64,000 nucleotides of DNA from Terriglobia bacterium (GCA_965206645.1 CBDBKE010000001.1:64001-128000); one strand, 5' to 3'. Positions 27,856-39,465 are shown, counted from the first letter of the stretch. Program-made: numbers and translations. The notes: generated from the letters alone by a model not told the origin.

Positions 27856-28968
27856 CTATTTGCCGTCGATCCAGCCGCCGCCCAGCAGCAGGTCGTCGTG
27901 GTAGAAAACCGCTGCTTGGCCGGGGGTGACTGCGCGCTGGGGTACGTCGAAGTCCACCCGCGCGTGGTCGTCATCCAGCGGCGTGACGGTCGCAGGCGCG
28001 GGCTGATGTCGGTAGCGAATCTTTACCTCAGCCCGGACGGGCCCGTCGGGCGAAGCCAGCGAAACCCAGTTGAGGCGGGAGACCAGTGCCGTGGTGCCAA
28101 ACAACTCAGCGTCCTCGCCCACAGTGACCTCGGCAGTGGCCGGCTCAATGTGTAGAACGTAGAGCGGGCGTCCTGCGGCCACTCCTAATCCCTTGCGCTG
28201 CCCTACGGTGAATCGCTGGATGCCGTTGTGCTGGCCCAGCCGGCGTCCCTGGCTGTCCACCACCGGGCCCGGCGCGGCGGGCACGGGCTGCCCGCGCTCG
28301 GCGAAGTAGGCCTCGATAAAGCGTGTGTAGTCGTTGCCGGGCACGAAGCACAGCTCGTGCGAATCGGGCTTGTCGGCCACGGGCAGGCCCGCGCCACGGG
28401 CGCGCTCGCGCACTTGGTGCTTGGTCAGCTCTCCCAGCGGAAATAGCGTCCGGCTCAACTGCTCCTGCGTCAGGCCGAAAAGGAAATAGGATTGGTCCTT
28501 GGAGGGGTCCACCGCGCGGCGCAGCCGGTAGCGGTCTGAAGCCGGGTCGCGCTCCAGCCGCGCGTAGTGCCCGGTAGCCACCATCTCGGCGCCGATCTGT
28601 CGCGCCGTCCGCAGCAACTCGTCGAACTTCAGCGAATTGTTACACAACGTGCAGGGAATGGGCGTGCGCCCCGCCAGGTAGTCCTCGATGAAGGGCCGCA
28701 CCACGTCCTGCTCGAAGCGGGCCTCGTGGTTCACGACGTAGTAGGGCAACCCCAGGTGCTGAGCGACACGGCGGGCGTCGTAGACGTCCTCCAGCGAACA
28801 GCAGCGCCCGTGGCTGCTCTCCGGCATCCCGGGAAAGCCGGCCAGGCGCCGCTGGTTCCAGAGCTGCATCGTCAGCCCGATCACGTTGTACTGCTGGCCA
28901 CTAAGCAGCGCGGCGACGGTGGAGCTGTCTACGCCGCCGCTCATAGCCACGGCTACGGTTGGCTTCAT
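27856..28968 (-). CDS. mnmA: tRNA 2-thiouridine(34) synthase
   Basis: AMSGGVDS, TP.PC..CN, ATGHY, KDQSYFL, TVGQRKG, TPGQ. Confidence 0.97.
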   Translation of the reverse strand: MKPTVAVAMSGGVDSSTVAALLSGQQYNVIGLTMQLWNQRRLAGFPGMPESSHGRCCSLEDVYDARRVAQHLGLPYYVVNHEARFEQDVVRPFIEDYLAGRTPIPCTLCNNSLKFDELLRTARQIGAEMVATGHYARLERDPASDRYRLRRAVDPSKDQSYFLFGLTQEQLSRTLFPLGELTKHQVRERARGAGLPVADKPDSHELCFVPGNDYTRFIEAYFAERGQPVPAAPGPVVDSQGRRLGQHNGIQRFTVGQRKGLGVAAGRPLYVLHIEPATAEVTVGEDAELFGTTALVSRLNWVSLASPDGPVRAEVKIRYRHQPAPATVTPLDDDHARVDFDVPQRAVTPGQAAVFYHDDLLLGGGWIDGK

Positions 28969-29035
28969 AAAAGCACCGAACAGTTATGAGTGAAGAATTT
29001 CTCCCCTCTACTTTTCATTTCTTCACTCTTAATTC

Positions 29036-30226
<1,191 letters not shown>

Positions 30227-30442
30227 TCACTCCGGCACCCGCTCCGTCACATACTCCAGCAACGCTGCATCAAATTCCTATTCTAGCATTACCCGGTATC
30301 TCGCTAGTACCCAAGGCGCAAACAGCTCGGCCGGGTGCTGTGGCCTTGACTCGCAGGTTGAGAGGGAAAGACACCGGCACCTCCCGCACTGGAGAGCTGG
30401 ATTGACTCACCTATAACAGTGAGAGAATATATGGGGTGAATT

Positions 30443-32197
30443 ATGGAAGGGGTGAATCCTGTGCACAGTAGCCAGCCTTTGCGTCTTGCCTCGGGGCTCA
30501 TTGCCGCGTTGCTGGTCGCTAGCTCGCTGCACTCCCAGCAGCCAACGCCTGCTTCGGTCACCTTACCCGCAAGCATTAAGGCCGTCGAAGTTACAGAACC
30601 GGGCGGACAGATCCTCAGCTTCCGCCATCTCACGGGATCTACCGTGGTCGAGATGAAGGGTACGAAGCTCGAACCTTCTGCTTCGACGCGCATGAAAATC
30701 GGAAGTCGCCCGGGTTTCATCGAGATCGATATTAACCGTGGTGACATCAAGAAACTTCGACCCGCGCGATACTTTGGCAAAGACTTCCTTACCTATGTCC
30801 TTTGGGCTGTCTCGGTGGATGGCGAAGCAATGAATCTGGGTGAGATCACGTTTGAGAGCGGCAGGCCCGTGAGCATCAACGTCACCACTCCCTACCAAAC
30901 CTTCTGGCTGATGCTCACCGCCGAGCCCGACTTTGCGGTCAACGACCCCAGCCCTGTCGTCGTCCTCTACAGCGTCAACCAGGATGACAGCCAAACAGGC
31001 AACAAGGCCCTGCCTGTTCCCGGCAAGCTCCTCTACTACACCTACTACAGCCGCTACGATACCTCGCCAGCTTCCCCTAAAGCTTCCGTCCCCAACGAGC
31101 TCCTGCAGGCACGCAAAGCCGTTGAACTGGCTTCCAAAGCGGGAATCCTGGCAACCCCGACCCCGAAGGGGGAGGAGCCGCTCCCCGACGAAGCCCGCAC
31201 ACGCGAGACCTTCGAGCGGGCGCGCGCGTATTTGGACCAGGCCGAAGAGGCATTCCGTGCCGGGGGGAGCAGCCGTGAGGCGGTTCAATTTGCCCGCACT
31301 GCAGCCCAAATTGCAGAAAACGCGCGTGCCCTTGCCCTAGGCGCTGTCGGCGGCATCTACGTCCGGAAACTTGCCCGCGAACTGGACAAGCTCCGCGCCG
31401 AGGCCGAAGAATGCCGGAAGGAGCTGGCTAGTCTCCGCGCCGAGGCCGAAGAATGCCGGAAGGAACTGGCTGCCCTCCGTGACGAGGTGAAGAAACTGGA
31501 AGCTGCGCTCGCCGCTGAGCGGCAACTTCGCGCCGAGGCCGAAGACAAACTCCGTGCCCTGCAGGAGTCACTCGATGAGGCCCGCGCCCAGAATGCGCGC
31601 CTCCGTGAGGACCGGGAGGCGATCTGTGCCGAACTCCGTCGTCAGCTTGCCTCCCTCGGCCAGTTGACCGAACAGGGCGGTAGCATGGTGCTCACACTGG
31701 CTTCCGACATTCTTTTCGACTTCGGCAGTTATAAACTGCGTCCTACCGCGCGGGAGAATCTCTCCAAGCTGACCGTGCTGCGCATGCTGCTCTTCCCCAA
31801 TGCTGAAGTCCGCTACGAAGGCCACACGGACCGCGTTGGGAAGGACGACTATAACCAGTGGCTCTCCGAGCAGCGCGCCCTCGCCGTCCAGCACTATTTC
31901 CTCGAAGAGGAGCTCAGCAACGAAACTGAAGACTTCGCCCGCGAGAACCTCGAGCAGCGCCTTGCGACGGTGAAAAAACTTTCCGGGATGAGCTACGCGT
32001 CCTCACGAAGCAACCCATCTGGGCGGCAACAACTTCTTGCTGATCTGGGCGACACGGTCCAGGGCAAGGGGGAGCGGGAACCCGTTGAGGATGTGCCCGG
32101 CCCCAGTGAGCTCAACCGGCGGGTGGTGCTGTTGTTTCCGCCCGCCCAATTGGGCCAGGCTTCCTCGCTCTGCCAGTCCCCACCCGGTGACGAGTAG
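30443..32197 (+). CDS. OmpA family protein with N-terminal beta-domain and long coiled coil
   Basis: Signal peptide, YVLWA....G...NLGE, coiled coil, SDILFDFG...L, EGHTD.VG...N..LS..RA, NRRV. Confidence 0.82.
   Translation: MEGVNPVHSSQPLRLASGLIAALLVASSLHSQQPTPASVTLPASIKAVEVTEPGGQILSFRHLTGSTVVEMKGTKLEPSASTRMKIGSRPGFIEIDINRGDIKKLRPARYFGKDFLTYVLWAVSVDGEAMNLGEITFESGRPVSINVTTPYQTFWLMLTAEPDFAVNDPSPVVVLYSVNQDDSQTGNKALPVPGKLLYYTYYSRYDTSPASPKASVPNELLQARKAVELASKAGILATPTPKGEEPLPDEARTRETFERARAYLDQAEEAFRAGGSSREAVQFARTAAQIAENARALALGAVGGIYVRKLARELDKLRAEAEECRKELASLRAEAEECRKELAALRDEVKKLEAALAAERQLRAEAEDKLRALQESLDEARAQNARLREDREAICAELRRQLASLGQLTEQGGSMVLTLASDILFDFGSYKLRPTARENLSKLTVLRMLLFPNAEVRYEGHTDRVGKDDYNQWLSEQRALAVQHYFLEEELSNETEDFARENLEQRLATVKKLSGMSYASSRSNPSGRQQLLADLGDTVQGKGEREPVEDVPGPSELNRRVVLLFPPAQLGQASSLCQSPPGDE
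31379..31504 (+). repeat. 42-nt in-frame tandem repeat in the coiled coil
   Basis: ELDKLRAEAEECRK / ELASLRAEAEECRK / ELAALRDEVKKLEA. Confidence 0.8.
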
Positions 32198-32384
32198 AAC
32201 GCAGACTATCCGGCACACTGGCAGGGTCCAGGATTCAGCCTTTCCGGAATGCGGGCGAACCCCTCGTTGCAGCGGGCTCACCTATACTGGCTGCTGAATT
32301 GGGCGCGTTCGCTCCGGCAGGATCAGCCGCCGGCTTTCAGCGTGCTTGACACGCCCTCCCCATTTCGTCGATATTGCCCTAAGT

Positions 32385-33179
32385 ATGGCACGGCTAATTA
32401 CGCTCACTAGCGACTTTGGTCTCTCGGACCATTTCGTGGGAACGATGAAGGGGGTCATCCTGGGAATCACTCCCGAGGCCCAAATCATCGATATCTGTCA
32501 CGAAGTCCGCTCCTTCGACGTTCTGGACGGAGCCTTTACGATCGCCCAGGCCTACCGCCACTTCCCCGCCTGGACCATTCATGTGGTGGTGGTGGATCCC
32601 GGCGTGGGCACGCACCGCCGCCCCATCCTGGTCGCCACCGAGAGGCACTATTTCCTGTGCCCGGATAACGGGGTGCTGTCGCTGGTGCTGGCGGGCGAAG
32701 AGCACACCGTGCGCCACGTCACCGCTGAGCACTACTTCCTGAACCCCGTCAGCCAGACCTTCCACGGCCGCGACATCTTCGCCCCGATTGCCGCCTGGTT
32801 AAGCCGTGGGGTCGAGACAAGCAAGTTCGGAGACTACGTGAGCGACTACGTCCGCTTCCAGCCTCCCAAACCGAAGACACTGAACGAGCGGCTGATTAAA
32901 GGAGTAGTGCTGAAGGTGGACAAGTTCGGCAACGTCATCACTAACTTCACGCCCGAAGACCTGCCCATGCTGTTCCAGCAAAGCCCGCCGCCGTTCAAGT
33001 TTGTGGCGGGCAAAAGTGAGATTGCGAAACTCAACCTCGCCTACGCCCAGAGCGCCCCGGGCGACCTGTTTGCCATCGTGGGCAGCACCGGCTACCTGGA
33101 GTTGGCTACCAGTCGGGGTGCTGCCGCCAAAATCCTGGGAATCGATAAGGGCGCCGATGTGGGCGTGGTCCTCGGCTAA
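32385..33179 (+). CDS. SAM hydroxide adenosyltransferase / SAM-dependent chlorinase-fluorinase family (DUF62)
   Basis: ITLTSDFG..D, VVDPGVG..R, PDNG, SQTFHGRD.FAP, DKFGN, GSTGYLE. Confidence 0.92.
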   Translation: MARLITLTSDFGLSDHFVGTMKGVILGITPEAQIIDICHEVRSFDVLDGAFTIAQAYRHFPAWTIHVVVVDPGVGTHRRPILVATERHYFLCPDNGVLSLVLAGEEHTVRHVTAEHYFLNPVSQTFHGRDIFAPIAAWLSRGVETSKFGDYVSDYVRFQPPKPKTLNERLIKGVVLKVDKFGNVITNFTPEDLPMLFQQSPPPFKFVAGKSEIAKLNLAYAQSAPGDLFAIVGSTGYLELATSRGAAAKILGIDKGADVGVVLG

Positions 33180-33201
33180 GGGTTCTTCTCCCGCCTGAGC
33201 T

Positions 33202-35526
33202 TTGAAGTTGAAGTGGAAAAGCTTGCTTTGGGTAGCTCTGTGGGCGATGCCACTGCTCGCCCAGCGGGGCACGGGGGAGCTGCGCCTGACCGTGCGGGAC
33301 ACTACTGGCCTGGGGGTGGAAGCCAGCGGAGAGCTAGTCAGCCAAGCCAACCAAGTTCAGCAAACTTTCCACACCGACCCGGAGGGACGGTATTGGGCCA
33401 GGGACTTGCCATTTGGGGTGTATCTGCTGCGCGTCGAGCGCTCTGGGTTTGCACCGTTTTCCGCGCTGCTGGAAATCCGTTCAGAGCTCCCCCGCGAGTA
33501 CCAGGTGACGCTCGGGATCGCCCCGCTGGAAGCCACCGTACGGGTCACCGATTCGGCCACGCTTCTGGACCCGCATCGGACGGGCCCAGTCTTCCGCCTC
33601 GGCCCAGAAACGTTGCGCGCCCGGCAGGCCTCACAGCCCGCCCGCACCGTGCCGGAGCTGGTGCAAACGCAGCCGGGATGGTTGCTGGAGGCCAATGGCG
33701 TGCTGCACCCGCGGGGCTCCGAGTACAACACGCAGTATGTCATTGACGGGTTCCCCATCACCGACAATCGCTCTGCCGCCTTCGCCCCGGCGCTGGAAGT
33801 TGAAGAACTCCGGTCACTGAATGTGTTGACCGCCAACTACCCGGCCGAATATGGACGGAAGCTGGGTGGGGTCATCGAGGTGGTCACCGCCCGTGACACC
33901 ACCCCGGGCTTTCATGGGATCGCAGTGCTCGAGGCCGGCAGCTTCTCGACCCAAAGCAGCTATATTTCCGGACAGTACGTGCGCGGGCGGACGGCCGCCG
34001 CCTTAGCCGTTCAGGGGGGACACACGGAGCGGTACCTGGATCCGCCGGTGGAAGAAAATTTCACCAACAAAGCGTCCAATTCCGGGATCAGTGGGCGCCT
34101 CGAACGCGACTGGAGCCAGACGAGCCGACTGCGCCTCTCGCTGCACAGAAAACGCACGGGGTTCCTGGTCCCGAACGAACAATTTCAGCAGCAGGCCGGC
34201 CAGCGGCAGGATCGGCGTAACGCCGAAACCTTGGGACATCTCTCCTACCAGCACACCCTCTCACCCCGCCTGCTAGCCGCCTTTCGGGGAATGGCAAGGG
34301 ACCTTTCTGCAGACTTTTGGTCGAATCCGCTCTCCACCCCTATCCTGGCCGACCAGCAACGAAGCTTGCGGGAAGGTTATGGCAGCGCCAGCCTGTCGGC
34401 GCATCTTGGCGCCCACGAGCTGAAAACCGGCGTGGAGGGGATTTGGACTTCTGTGCGCGAGCGGTTTGGGTACGAAATCGTGGACCAGCAATTCTTCGAT
34501 GCCGGAATCCCGCCCAGCTTCCGTTTTACGGACAGTCGGGCAGGCCGCGAGCAGTCCCTGTTCGTGCAGGACCTGGTCCGCGCCGGGCCCTGGACCTTCA
34601 GCGCTGGACTGCGGTGGGACCGCTATCGGTTGCTAGTCCGGGACAGCACCTTCAGCCCTCGCCTGGGAGTGGCTTGGCACTGGCCTAGCGCCGGGCTGGT
34701 CTTCCGCGCCTCCTATGACCGCGCGTTTCAGACTCCCGCCACCGAGAATCTGCTGCTGGCCAGTTCCGGGTCCGCGCAGCGGCTCGCTGAAGAGACGACG
34801 GCGCTGCCCGTGTATCCCTCCCGCGGGAATTTCTACCAGGCCGGCTTTGCCAAGAGCGTCTTCGGCAAGTTGCGACTGGACGGCAATTATTTCCGAAGAG
34901 AGATCCGCAATTTTGCCGACGACGACGTGTTCTTGAATACCGGTGTGAGTTTCCCCATCGCGTTTTCCCGGGCCGAAGTTTACGGCTTTGAGGGCAAACT
35001 GGAAGTGCCCCGCTGGGGGCCCGTTTCCGGCTTTCTGAGCTACGCGCACCTTGTCGGAACCGGGTTTCTTCCCCTCACCGGCGGGCTGTTCTTGGAAGAG
35101 GGCGGCGACGAGCTGTTGCGCGCCACCGGCCGCTTTCCTATTTCGCAAGACCAGCGCCATACAGCCCAGGCGCGCGCGCACTATCAGATTAGGCCCCGAG
35201 TCTGGGTGGCGCTCGGCGCCCGGTATGGCAGCGGGTTGCCCATCGAGCAAGAGGAACCCCTGGAGGAAGAGGAACTGGAGGAGCGCTTTGGGCAGCGAAT
35301 TCTGAGCCGGGTCAACCTCGCACGCGGCCGCGTTCGCCCCTCGTTTTCCCTGGATACTTCGCTGGGGGTGAAGCTTTTGAGTCGCGATGACCTTTCGGTG
35401 CGGCTCCAACTCGACGTCTTGAACCTCACCAACCGCTTGAACGTGATCAATTTCGTCGGACTGTTCTCCGGCACGGCGTTGGCCCCGCCCCGCAGCTTCG
35501 CCCTTCGGTTGCGTACGGAGTTCTGA
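33202..35526 (+). CDS. TonB-dependent receptor
   Basis: Signal peptide, carboxypeptidase-regulatory-like domain, plug (RGS....YVIDG, AEYG..LGGVI), NL.N motif, terminal Phe. Confidence 0.9.
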   Translation: MKLKWKSLLWVALWAMPLLAQRGTGELRLTVRDTTGLGVEASGELVSQANQVQQTFHTDPEGRYWARDLPFGVYLLRVERSGFAPFSALLEIRSELPREYQVTLGIAPLEATVRVTDSATLLDPHRTGPVFRLGPETLRARQASQPARTVPELVQTQPGWLLEANGVLHPRGSEYNTQYVIDGFPITDNRSAAFAPALEVEELRSLNVLTANYPAEYGRKLGGVIEVVTARDTTPGFHGIAVLEAGSFSTQSSYISGQYVRGRTAAALAVQGGHTERYLDPPVEENFTNKASNSGISGRLERDWSQTSRLRLSLHRKRTGFLVPNEQFQQQAGQRQDRRNAETLGHLSYQHTLSPRLLAAFRGMARDLSADFWSNPLSTPILADQQRSLREGYGSASLSAHLGAHELKTGVEGIWTSVRERFGYEIVDQQFFDAGIPPSFRFTDSRAGREQSLFVQDLVRAGPWTFSAGLRWDRYRLLVRDSTFSPRLGVAWHWPSAGLVFRASYDRAFQTPATENLLLASSGSAQRLAEETTALPVYPSRGNFYQAGFAKSVFGKLRLDGNYFRREIRNFADDDVFLNTGVSFPIAFSRAEVYGFEGKLEVPRWGPVSGFLSYAHLVGTGFLPLTGGLFLEEGGDELLRATGRFPISQDQRHTAQARAHYQIRPRVWVALGARYGSGLPIEQEEPLEEEELEERFGQRILSRVNLARGRVRPSFSLDTSLGVKLLSRDDLSVRLQLDVLNLTNRLNVINFVGLFSGTALAPPRSFALRLRTEF

Positions 35527-35630
35527 ACCGGGCGTAATTCTTCGAAGGCACTTCAATCCAGTGCTGGCCGCACAGGTCTAGGAGACAATACCTGCTGGGA
35601 GGCGCGGGAGCTAGGGAGTGGCGTAGCGAG

Positions 35631-36044
35631 TCAACTGGTGCTCTTGTTCTCAACTGCCATCCGCCGTTGGGCACCGCAGAAAAAGCGGAGGGCCTGTCGA
35701 TCCAGCGAGCACATCTTGATGAATTCGAAGCCCAACCACCGGCCCGGTTCGGCGGAGCGGACAATCACGGTGGCGCGGAAAAACCAGTCTTGAAACTGCA
35801 CGCCGACCTTGCCGACACTCCCGACCGGAACCGATTCCTTGGTCCGAAGGGACAGGCCTCTTAGGCTAATCTTCTTGAGTTCCCCAGCGATCCGACGATT
35901 ACTGGTAATGAAGCCGGCGCAACTCCTATCTGGCGCCGTGAAGCGCGGAAAGTAGCGGAGGCGTTTTCCTTCCTGGATTTCCACCGGCATATTTATCCCT
36001 CTCCAACTCATCATGGGTCCTCGGCTAGGACCCGGCAACAGCAC
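35631..36044 (-). CDS. PilZ domain-containing protein
   Basis: RYFPR (RxxxR), ISLRG, V.....G..LGFEF; likely start ATG at 35990. Confidence 0.65.
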   Translation of the reverse strand: MLLPGPSRGPMMSWRGINMPVEIQEGKRLRYFPRFTAPDRSCAGFITSNRRIAGELKKISLRGLSLRTKESVPVGSVGKVGVQFQDWFFRATVIVRSAEPGRWLGFEFIKMCSLDRQALRFFCGAQRRMAVENKSTS

Positions 36045-36074
36045 TATTCAGACGATTCCCGAATCGGTCGTGCA

Positions 36075-36437
36075 TCAGCGAGAAGGAAACCGAACTCCCC
36101 ACAGACCTTCTGCGTCGCCTAGTTCCACGCCGAATTCAAAGTTGCCGTTGTTGTTGGGATGGCTGTCGCACCAGACCACTTTGCCCATCCCGTTTCGCTC
36201 CTCCGCGGGGAGCAAGGTGACCATAACTTCCTGATTCACATCCAAGGGCCGCCTGCACTCGATTCTGGCCGCGTACTTACTGAGCACGAGCGTCCAGCCA
36301 GCCAGCGTCTGAAAAGTGCCTTTCTCCTCCTTCATTCCCAGTCGTACCGGAAGACGCATAGCAACGCGGGTGCTTCGTAGTGCACCCAGGCTTAAGCTTT
36401 CAGGGGTCATGCGGGCTATTTTAGTTGTCATCGTCAA
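36075..36437 (-). CDS. PilZ-like domain protein
   Basis: RSTRV...LPV, T..LS..AARI, GKVVW, FGVEL......WG..F. Confidence 0.6.
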   Translation of the reverse strand: MTMTTKIARMTPESLSLGALRSTRVAMRLPVRLGMKEEKGTFQTLAGWTLVLSKYAARIECRRPLDVNQEVMVTLLPAEERNGMGKVVWCDSHPNNNGNFEFGVELGDAEGLWGVRFPSR

Positions 36438-36876
36438 TGACCAAGACCTTGCTTCGTTTCGCGCCGCTCACTGCTTCAGTTAGTCGTTTTCAAATACCCT
36501 CGACAACATTCCAGCACCATGAACTTGCTCTTGGGACTCACCGGCAGAATCCGCAAAAACTCCGGCAGGCTCCTGCGGCTCCTCTGTGCCGCAACCACTG
36601 CGCAAAACAGCGCTGCCATAGCCTGAGTTTTTGTCCCGTTCATAACGTAGTCTAGTTAAGCGCAGCGACCCCAGGCAGCCAATAGGCGAACAGATTCATT
36701 TGGGGGGGTACCTTTGGACTAGCGGGAGAGCGCCCAACCGGTGGGAATCAGGGCAAGCTGTCCCGGCGGTTGGGCCGAGGAGGTCGGCAGGATACTGGCG
36801 TTACTTGTTTCGCGGAGGGCAAGAAACAAGCAGGACCTTCCCGCCTTAGGTTGATCTCAGCTCCGGTCTGTATATT

Positions 36877-37329
36877 TTAGAACGGGATGTCGTCGTCGGT
36901 GATTTCGGGTGAGATTCCTTCTTCGGAGGAGGAGGGTGCGGGGGCGGGCCGGGCCGGGCTCGCCTGTGCGCGCTGCCCTGAGCTTTCTTCACCGCCCCGC
37001 CCGCTCGCCAGGACGACATCGTTCGCGACAATGTCGGTGGCGTGATGTTTGCTTCCATCGCGCCCTTCCCAAGTCCGGGACTGGATGCGCCCTTCCAGAT
37101 ACACCTTTTGGCCCTTGGTCAGATACTGGGTCAGGCTCTCCGCCATCTTGCCCCAGAGCACGATGTTGTGCCACTCCGTCTGTTCTTGCCATTCGCCCGC
37201 TTTGTCTTTGAAGCGACGATTGGTGGCCAGGGTGAACTTGGAGACCGCCTGGCCGGACGGCAGGTAGTTCAACTCCGCGTCTTTCCCTAGATTTCCCAGC
37301 AGAATGACTTTGTTTACGCTTCGTGCCAT
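36877..37329 (-). CDS. ssb: Single-stranded DNA-binding protein
   Basis: MARSVNKVILLGNLG.D, TEWH, KG.KVYLEGR, C-terminal DDIPF. Confidence 0.96.
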   Translation of the reverse strand: MARSVNKVILLGNLGKDAELNYLPSGQAVSKFTLATNRRFKDKAGEWQEQTEWHNIVLWGKMAESLTQYLTKGQKVYLEGRIQSRTWEGRDGSKHHATDIVANDVVLASGRGGEESSGQRAQASPARPAPAPSSSEEGISPEITDDDIPF

Positions 37330-37527
37330 AGGGCCAGCCCTCTCCTTGTATCGTAGCGTGTCGTAGCGCCGCTGTTGGGGCGGTGTCGCGGAGTCTGGCC
37401 CGCCCAAATCAGGCGCCACCGTTTGGAACGCGAGTATAGCGGAAGCTCTCGGGTAAGGCAAACCGCCACCGCGGCGGAAGCTAGTGTGGGGCAGAAGGGC
37501 GAGCGGGATCCTGCGTGGTGGTGGCTT

Positions 37528-38331
37528 TCAGCGACGGCGGAGGCGCTGGCGGGCCAGCTTGGCCTCTTCGCTGCGCGGGAAACGGCGGATCAGCTCGCGC
37601 AGCTCGCGGACCCCGGATGTGCGCCGCTTCAGTTCCAGGAGGGCGAAGCCTTTCTTGAGATGGGCGCCGGCGGTCTTGTTGCCGTTCGGGTAGCGTTCCA
37701 GCACTAGGTCGTACGCTTCGATCGCCTTGCGTAGCTTACCCTGACGATAGAGCACTTCGCCGACATAGAACTGGGCATTGCCGGCCAACTCCGTCTCTGG
37801 GTAGTAGCGAAGGTAGTCCTGGAACTGCTGCAACGCCAGTTCTAGTTTCCCGCCTTGCAGGTCCCGCAGTCCATTTTGGTAGAGCTCCTCGGGCAACTGT
37901 GGGGGTGCGCCCGCCCCCGAGCCTGGCGTCGGCGGCGTTTGCAGCGTCTCCACCGACACTCGCACCTGCGACACCTGATCAGACAGCTTGGACAGCCGCG
38001 CCTTCACATCCTCCAGGGAGTCCTGTAGCCCCTGGACGTTGCCGGCGACCGAATCCACTTTGGTGCCCTGAGCGGCCACGCTGCCCTGGATCGAACGTTG
38101 CACCTGCTCGGTCACCACGTTGAGCTTGTTGATCGCGTCGGTGGTCTGCTCCATGAGCTGGCGCATCATCCCCATGCGCTCGTCCAGCGTGCTGCGCATG
38201 TCGCGCATGTCCGACTCCAGCCGGGCCACTGCCGCCTCGATCCGGATAATCTCCTTGGCGACAGGGTAGGCCGGGGTGGGCAGGAGTGCCACCACGAGCA
38301 CCGCCATCAAAATAGCTCGTAACACTCTCAT
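37528..38331 (-). CDS. cpoB: Cell division coordinator CpoB (YbgF)
   Basis: Signal peptide, coiled coil, TPR region (YP...LAGNAQFY.GE); follows pal. Confidence 0.85.
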   Translation of the reverse strand: MRVLRAILMAVLVVALLPTPAYPVAKEIIRIEAAVARLESDMRDMRSTLDERMGMMRQLMEQTTDAINKLNVVTEQVQRSIQGSVAAQGTKVDSVAGNVQGLQDSLEDVKARLSKLSDQVSQVRVSVETLQTPPTPGSGAGAPPQLPEELYQNGLRDLQGGKLELALQQFQDYLRYYPETELAGNAQFYVGEVLYRQGKLRKAIEAYDLVLERYPNGNKTAGAHLKKGFALLELKRRTSGVRELRELIRRFPRSEEAKLARQRLRRR

Positions 38332-38352
38332 GGTTTCCTCTCCTTAAGACTG

Positions 38353-38397
38353 CGGCTGGCAGGCACCAGGTTTCATCTGTCTGGCGCCTGCCAGCCG
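38353..38397. terminator. Long hairpin between pal and cpoB
   Basis: cggctggcaggcaccag ... ctggcgcctgccagccg (17-bp stem, one wobble). Confidence 0.55.
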
Positions 38398-38428
38398 TTT
38401 GTGTTCTGCTTGGGCCCTGCCCTCGGCC

Positions 38429-39169
38429 TCAGCGGGCCAGGACAAAGTGCGAGCGGCGATTGCGCTGCCAACAGCCTTCATTCGCCTCGGTGCACTGCGG
38501 CCGCTCCTTGCCATAGCTGATAGTGCGGATGCGGTTCCCGCTGATGCCCAGCGAGAGCAGGTAGTCCCGGGTACTATTGGCGCGCCGATCGCCCAGGCCT
38601 AGGTTGTACTCGGCTGAGCCACGCTCATCGCAATGGCCCTCAACCACGATGTTCGCCTTCGGGTGCGCACGCAACCAATCGGCGTTGGCTTGCAGCACCG
38701 GCACTGCATCGGAGCGAACGTCGTACATGTCATAATCGAAGTAGACGTCATGCACCCGGGCCGCGAACGAGGCTGCGATATCCTCCTCGACCGGTGGTTT
38801 GGGTGCGGGCGGCGGCGGCTTGGCGGTCACGGTGACCCGCACGCTGGCTTGGGCCTTTCCGCCGGGCCCCTCGACGCTCAGGGTATAGGTCAGCGACTCC
38901 AGCGGCGAGACGGTCATCGTGCCTTTGGGAGGCACCATGCCTAGGGCCGGTTCTAACGTCACGGTTTTGGCATCGGTGGAACTCCACTCCAGCGTGCTGG
39001 ACTGCCCGCGCTCGATGCTGGTGGGCGTCGCCGTCAAACTCACCGTCGGGGCCGCCGCCTTAGGCGGTGGAGGTGGCGGGGGTGGCGGCGGTTCTTTCTT
39101 CTTGCAGGCACCCAAGAACAGAACCAGCAACAGAATCATGCCCAGAGCCGGGGCGTATTTGCGTTTCAT
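38429..39169 (-). CDS. pal: Peptidoglycan-associated lipoprotein
   Basis: Lipobox LGAC, Pro-rich linker, YFDYD, EGHCDERGS.EYN..LG.RRA, SYGKERP, NRR. Confidence 0.95.
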   Translation of the reverse strand: MKRKYAPALGMILLLVLFLGACKKKEPPPPPPPPPPKAAAPTVSLTATPTSIERGQSSTLEWSSTDAKTVTLEPALGMVPPKGTMTVSPLESLTYTLSVEGPGGKAQASVRVTVTAKPPPPAPKPPVEEDIAASFAARVHDVYFDYDMYDVRSDAVPVLQANADWLRAHPKANIVVEGHCDERGSAEYNLGLGDRRANSTRDYLLSLGISGNRIRTISYGKERPQCTEANEGCWQRNRRSHFVLAR

Positions 39170-39465
39170 TCTTTTTCTCTCCTCCTTGCGATTTGGACCG
39201 GCGGACTGGAAGCCATCTCATGAACCTTGAATCCCTGGAACCCCGCCTGGTCGCAGACCTTTCTGGGATCCGCTTCCAGCCTGGCTCTGCTGAAACTTGT
39301 TTGCCAGGCGAACTGTTGGCCGCAAACCTGCCCGGCCGGGTTCTCTCCTAACAGCTTGTTCGCGCACAACGAGGTCAGCAACTCCGGTGGTGCCGAAGCA
39401 AGCCCCCGCCCACCACGGAAAGGATTCCCCAAGAGCCCTTATGAAGCCATTCTGCCAGCTCGGCC

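Noticed and set aside
30245-30270. Possible leader peptide MQRCWSM upstream of the cysteine desulfurase
   Set aside because: Single Cys, no RBS and no attenuator structure seen
32385-33179. DUF62 gene as a halogenase (fluorinase/chlorinase)
   Set aside because: Housekeeping context with no biosynthetic cluster; retains the Asp/Arg/His motifs (DPGVG..R, TFHGRD) of the common SAM hydrolase type
36597-36621. TGGC...TTGC sigma54-like promoter on the minus strand
   Set aside because: GG-to-GC spacing is 12 nt rather than the required 10
36476-36643. 55-aa minus-strand ORF ending ECCRGYLKTTN upstream of the PilZ pair
   Set aside because: No RBS and no recognisable family beyond a short coincidental motif
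39170-39465. ~300-bp tolB-pal spacer as a possible ncRNA or small gene
   Set aside because: No recognisable RNA motif or credible ORF; likely the pal promoter and leader
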